In this document: positions 60,001 through 64,000 of the stretch, one piece after another
Position numbering within the stretch: the stretch's first letter is position 1
Layout: each line of letters opens with the position of its first letter
Assembly (NCBI GenBank): GCA_964016885.1
Contig: OZ024740.1
Span: 176,390,001 to 176,454,000, forward strand
Direction: 5' to 3'
Length of the DNA stretch: 64,000 nucleotides
Origin: Eledone cirrhosa
Taxonomy: Eukaryota
Notes under the pieces: model-generated
Database searches by the model: none
Told to the model about the DNA's origin: nothing
The model's input: only the letters and a program-made list of their open reading frames with translations
Program-made: the position numbers and the translations under genes

Positions 60001-60749
60001 TTGTTTCCCTATATGTATTTTTTACACGTAGGAATTCATACTTTATTATTATTGATCTCCCCCTAAGATAGCGATAACATTTTGGCCGTTTAGACTGCTG
60101 CTATTTCTAGTGGCAGGATATTGACCTCTCCACCCTGCCTTTTGTCTTTGCACACGGTACCAGACTGAATTATTTCTTGCATCATCCGCTCTCATTTGGG
60201 AATGTTTTTGTATGGCGTTAATTTGTGATTTGAACTCGGGAATTTCATATTATCCGAGGGAGAAGAGCCTTCTGGAGATTGCTCACTGCTCACTGGAAAT
60301 CAGCTTGGATTTTCTGTTTATTCTGGAGCATGAAACCGTGGTAAAGGCACATATAGTAAATACAGCGAATTTTGAAAACATATTTAAAAACCTTTTCTCT
60401 ATTTGCTAGACCTCGATATTATATGTTCTGGCTTGTTTATTTGTTAACACGCCATAGAACCACACTGGCATACGGTTGGATAATACTTGTTTCCCTATAT
60501 GTATTTTTACACGTAGGAATTCATACTTTACTATTATTGATCTCCCCCTAACGTAAAGATAACATTTTGCCGTTTAGACTGCTGCTATTTCTAGTGGCAG
60601 GACATTGACCTGTTCACCCTGCCTTTTGTTTTGCACACGGCACCAGACAGAATTATTTCTTTAATCGTCCGCTATCATTTGGGAATGGTTTTGTATGGCA
60701 TTAGTTTGTGATTTGAACTCGGAAATTTTATATTCTAATAGGGAGAAGA

Positions 60750-60831
60750 GCCTTCTGAAGATTGCTCACTGCTCAATGGAAATCCGCTTGGATTTTCTGT
60801 TTATTCTGGAGCATGAAACCGCGGTAAAGGC
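60750..60831 (+). ncRNA. Hammerhead ribozyme, array unit 15 (intact)
   Basis: gcctt-CTGAAGA-t tgctc..ggaaatcc gctt ggattttc..gagca t-GAAA-CCGCGG-TA-aaggc. Confidence 0.85.
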
Positions 60832-62209
60832 ACATATAGTAAATACAGAGTATTTTTGAAAATATATTTTAAAACCTTTTCTCTATTTGCTAGACCTCGA
60901 TTTTATATATTCTGGCTTGTTAATTTGTTAACCGGCCATACTACCACACTGGTATACGGTTGGACAATACTTGTTTTCCTATATGTATTTTTCACACGTA
61001 GGAATTCATAATTTATTATTATTGATTTTCCCCTAAGGTAGAGATAAAATTTTGGCCGTTTAGACTGCTGCTATTTCTAGTGGCAGGTGATTGACATGTT
61101 CACCCTGCCTTTTATTGTTGCACACGGCACCAGGCAGAATTATTATTTTAATCATCCCCTCTCATTTGGAAATGGTTTTGCATGCCGTCAGTTTGTGATT
61201 TGAACTCGGGAATTTTATATTCTCCAAGGAAGAAGAGCCTTCTGAAGATTGCTCACTGCTCAATGGAAATCCACTTGCATTTTCCGTTTACTTTGGAGCA
61301 TGAAACCGCGGTAAAGGTACATATATTAAGTACAGCGAATTTGTGAAAATATATTTTAAAACCTTTTCTCTATTGGCTAGACCTTGATTTTAAATGTTCT
61401 GTCTTGTTAATTTGTTGACCCGCCATATAACCACACTGGCATACGGTTGGATAATACATGTTTCCCTATATGTATTTTTTACACGTAGGAATTCATACTT
61501 TATTATTATTGATCTCCCCATAAAGTAGAGATAAAATTTTGGCCGTTTAGACTGCTGCTATTTCTAGTGGCAGGTCATTGACCTGTTCACCCTTTCCTTT
61601 TTTTTTGTACACGGCACCAGACAGAATTATTTCTTTAAACATCCGCTCTCATTTGGAAATGGTTTTGTATGGCGTCAGTTTGTGATTTGAACTCTGGAAT
61701 TTTAACTTCCCCGAGGGAGAAGAGCCCTCTGAAGATTGCTCACTGCTCAATGGAAATCCGCTTGGTTTTTCCATTTATTCTGGAACATGAAACCGCGGTA
61801 AAGGCACATATAGTAAGTACAGAGAATTATAAAAAATATATTTTATAACTTTTTATCTATTTGCTAGACTTCGATTCTATATGTTCTGGATTTTTAATTT
61901 ATTAACCCGCCATAGAACCAGACTGGCATACGGTTGGATAATACTTGTTTCCCTACATGTATTTTTTACACGTAGGAATTCATTCTTTATTATTATTGAT
62001 CTCCCTCTAAGGTAAAGATAACATTTTGCCGTTTAGACTGCTGCTATTTCTAGTGGCAGGACATTGACCTGTCCACCCTGTTTTTTGTCTTTGCACACGG
62101 CACCAGACAGAATTATTTCTTTCATCATCCGTTCTCATTTGGGAATGGTTTTGTATTGCGTTAGTTTGTGATTTTAACTCGGGAATTTTATATTCTCCAA
62201 GGGAGAAGG

Positions 62210-62291
62210 GCCTTCTGAAGATTGCTCACTGCTCAATGGAGATCCGCTTGGATTTTCCGTTTATTCTGGAGCATGAAACCGCGGTAAAGGC
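62210..62291 (+). ncRNA. Hammerhead ribozyme, array unit 18 (intact)
   Basis: Same fold, all core nucleotides present. Confidence 0.85.
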
Positions 62292-63329
62292 ACATATAGC
62301 AAGTACAGAGAATTTTTGAAAATATATTTTAAAACCTTTTCTCTATTTGCTAGACCTCGATTTCATATGTTCTGGCTTGTTAATTTATTAACCCGCCATA
62401 GAACCACACTGGCATACGGTTGGATAATACTTGTTTTCCTATATGTATTTTTCACACGTAGGAATTCATACTTTATTATTATTGATCTCCCCCTAAGGCA
62501 AAGATAACATTTTTGCCTTTTGGACTGCTGCTATTTCTAGTGGCAGGACATTAACCTGTCCACCCTGCCTTTTGTCTTTGAACACGGCACCAGACAGAAT
62601 TATTTCTTTCATCATCTGCTCTCATTACGGAATGGTTTTGTATGCCGTCAATTTGTGATTTGAACTCGGGAATTTTATATTCTCAGATGGAAAAGAGCCT
62701 TCTGAAGTGTGCTGCCTTCTCAATGAAAATCCGCTTGGATTTTCCGTTTATTCTGGAGCATGAAACCGCTGTAAAGGCACATAGAGTAAGTATAGCGAAT
62801 TTTTTAAATTTTATTTTAAAACTTTTTCTCTATTTGCTAGACCTTGATTTTATATGTTCTGGCTTGTTAATTTATTAACCCGCCATAGAACCACCTTGAC
62901 ATACGGTTGGATAATACTTGTTACCATATATATATTTTTTACACTTAGGAATTCATATTTTATTATTATTGAACTCCCCCTATGATAGAGATAAAATGTT
63001 GGCCCTTTGGACTGCTGCTATTTCTAGTGGCAGAAAAAATTACCTGTCCACCCTGCGTTTTGTCTTTGCACACGGCACCTGACAGAATTATTTCTTTCAT
63101 TATCCGCTCACATTTGGAAATGCTTTTGTATGGAGTCAGTTTGTGATTTGAACTTGGGAATTTTATATTCTTCTAGGGAGAAGAGCCTTCTGAAGATTGC
63201 TCCCTTCTCAACTGAAATCCGCTTGAACTTTGCGTTTATTCTGGAGCATGAAACCGCGGTAGAGTCACATATAGTAAGTATAGCGAATTATTTAAAATTT
63301 ATTTTAAAACCTTTTCTCTAGACTTCGAT

Positions 63330-63435
<106 letters not shown>

Positions 63436-63456
63436 GTTTACATATACATAAATTAA

Positions 63457-63544
<88 letters not shown>

Positions 63545-63616
63545 ATGTTTTTGGTAACCATTCACGATGTGGCTCAATGACAAATTAATTAATTAAATAA
63601 TTAACAATCAGAGCAA

Positions 63617-63954
63617 TATATAAGAAAGTAAGTCCATAGAATCATTTGTTGATTTATATAGTATTTCTTCTCCCAATCAGCATAATCAACCACATAAAAA
63701 ATCAATTAAACGAGGCTATTAGTTTAAAATGTACCATGTGAAGAAACAATAGATAAATAAATTATAGCTATTTTATCCGCGATCCACAGCCACATAAAGA
63801 TTTACTTAGTATTTCTAATAGTCCGTAGAAAATGACTGGACATATAGTTAACCATACACAATTAGTTACAAAATCAAAGTTAGAAGAAAAAATGTACATA
63901 AACATACCAAAATATATTTTATCAAATGATTCTATGGACTTACTTTCTTATATA
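63617..63954. repeat. Segment bounded by 32-bp inverted repeats
   Basis: 63617-63648 (tatataagaaagtaagtccatagaatcatttg) is the reverse complement of 63923-63954. Confidence 0.75.
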
Positions 63955-64000
63955 TATATATGAGAAATGATATATATATATACATATATACATTATATAT

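Noticed and set aside
53848-63321. Recurrent 60-170 aa ORFs in the 487-bp array; CRISPR-like interpretation
   Set aside because: Frames are broken differently in each unit with no domain similarity; the units are full-length repeats without unique spacers or cas genes.

Overview
AT-rich eukaryotic (animal) repeat region with no recognisable host gene. The RTE 5' end and LINE 3' tail resemble, from memory only, cephalopod repeats. It is a mosaic of long variant (TA)n arrays into which retroelements are stacked: two RTE LINE copies, three CR1-group LINE copies and about ten Penelope-like element (PLE) pieces (Naiad-type, Neptune-type and a third lineage), several with inverted pseudo-LTRs. The main unannotated signal is RNA-level. 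By hand-folding I find type I hammerhead ribozyme (HHR) motifs in most PLE termini, in short non-coding islands between TA arrays, and once per unit in a 9.4-kb tandem array of ~487-bp repeats (53889-63330, 20 HHR positions), a retrozyme-like array. Many HHRs carry non-canonical cores (U3-A8, C4) and long branched stem II domains. All structures were folded by eye; cleavage activity and clade assignments are untested.
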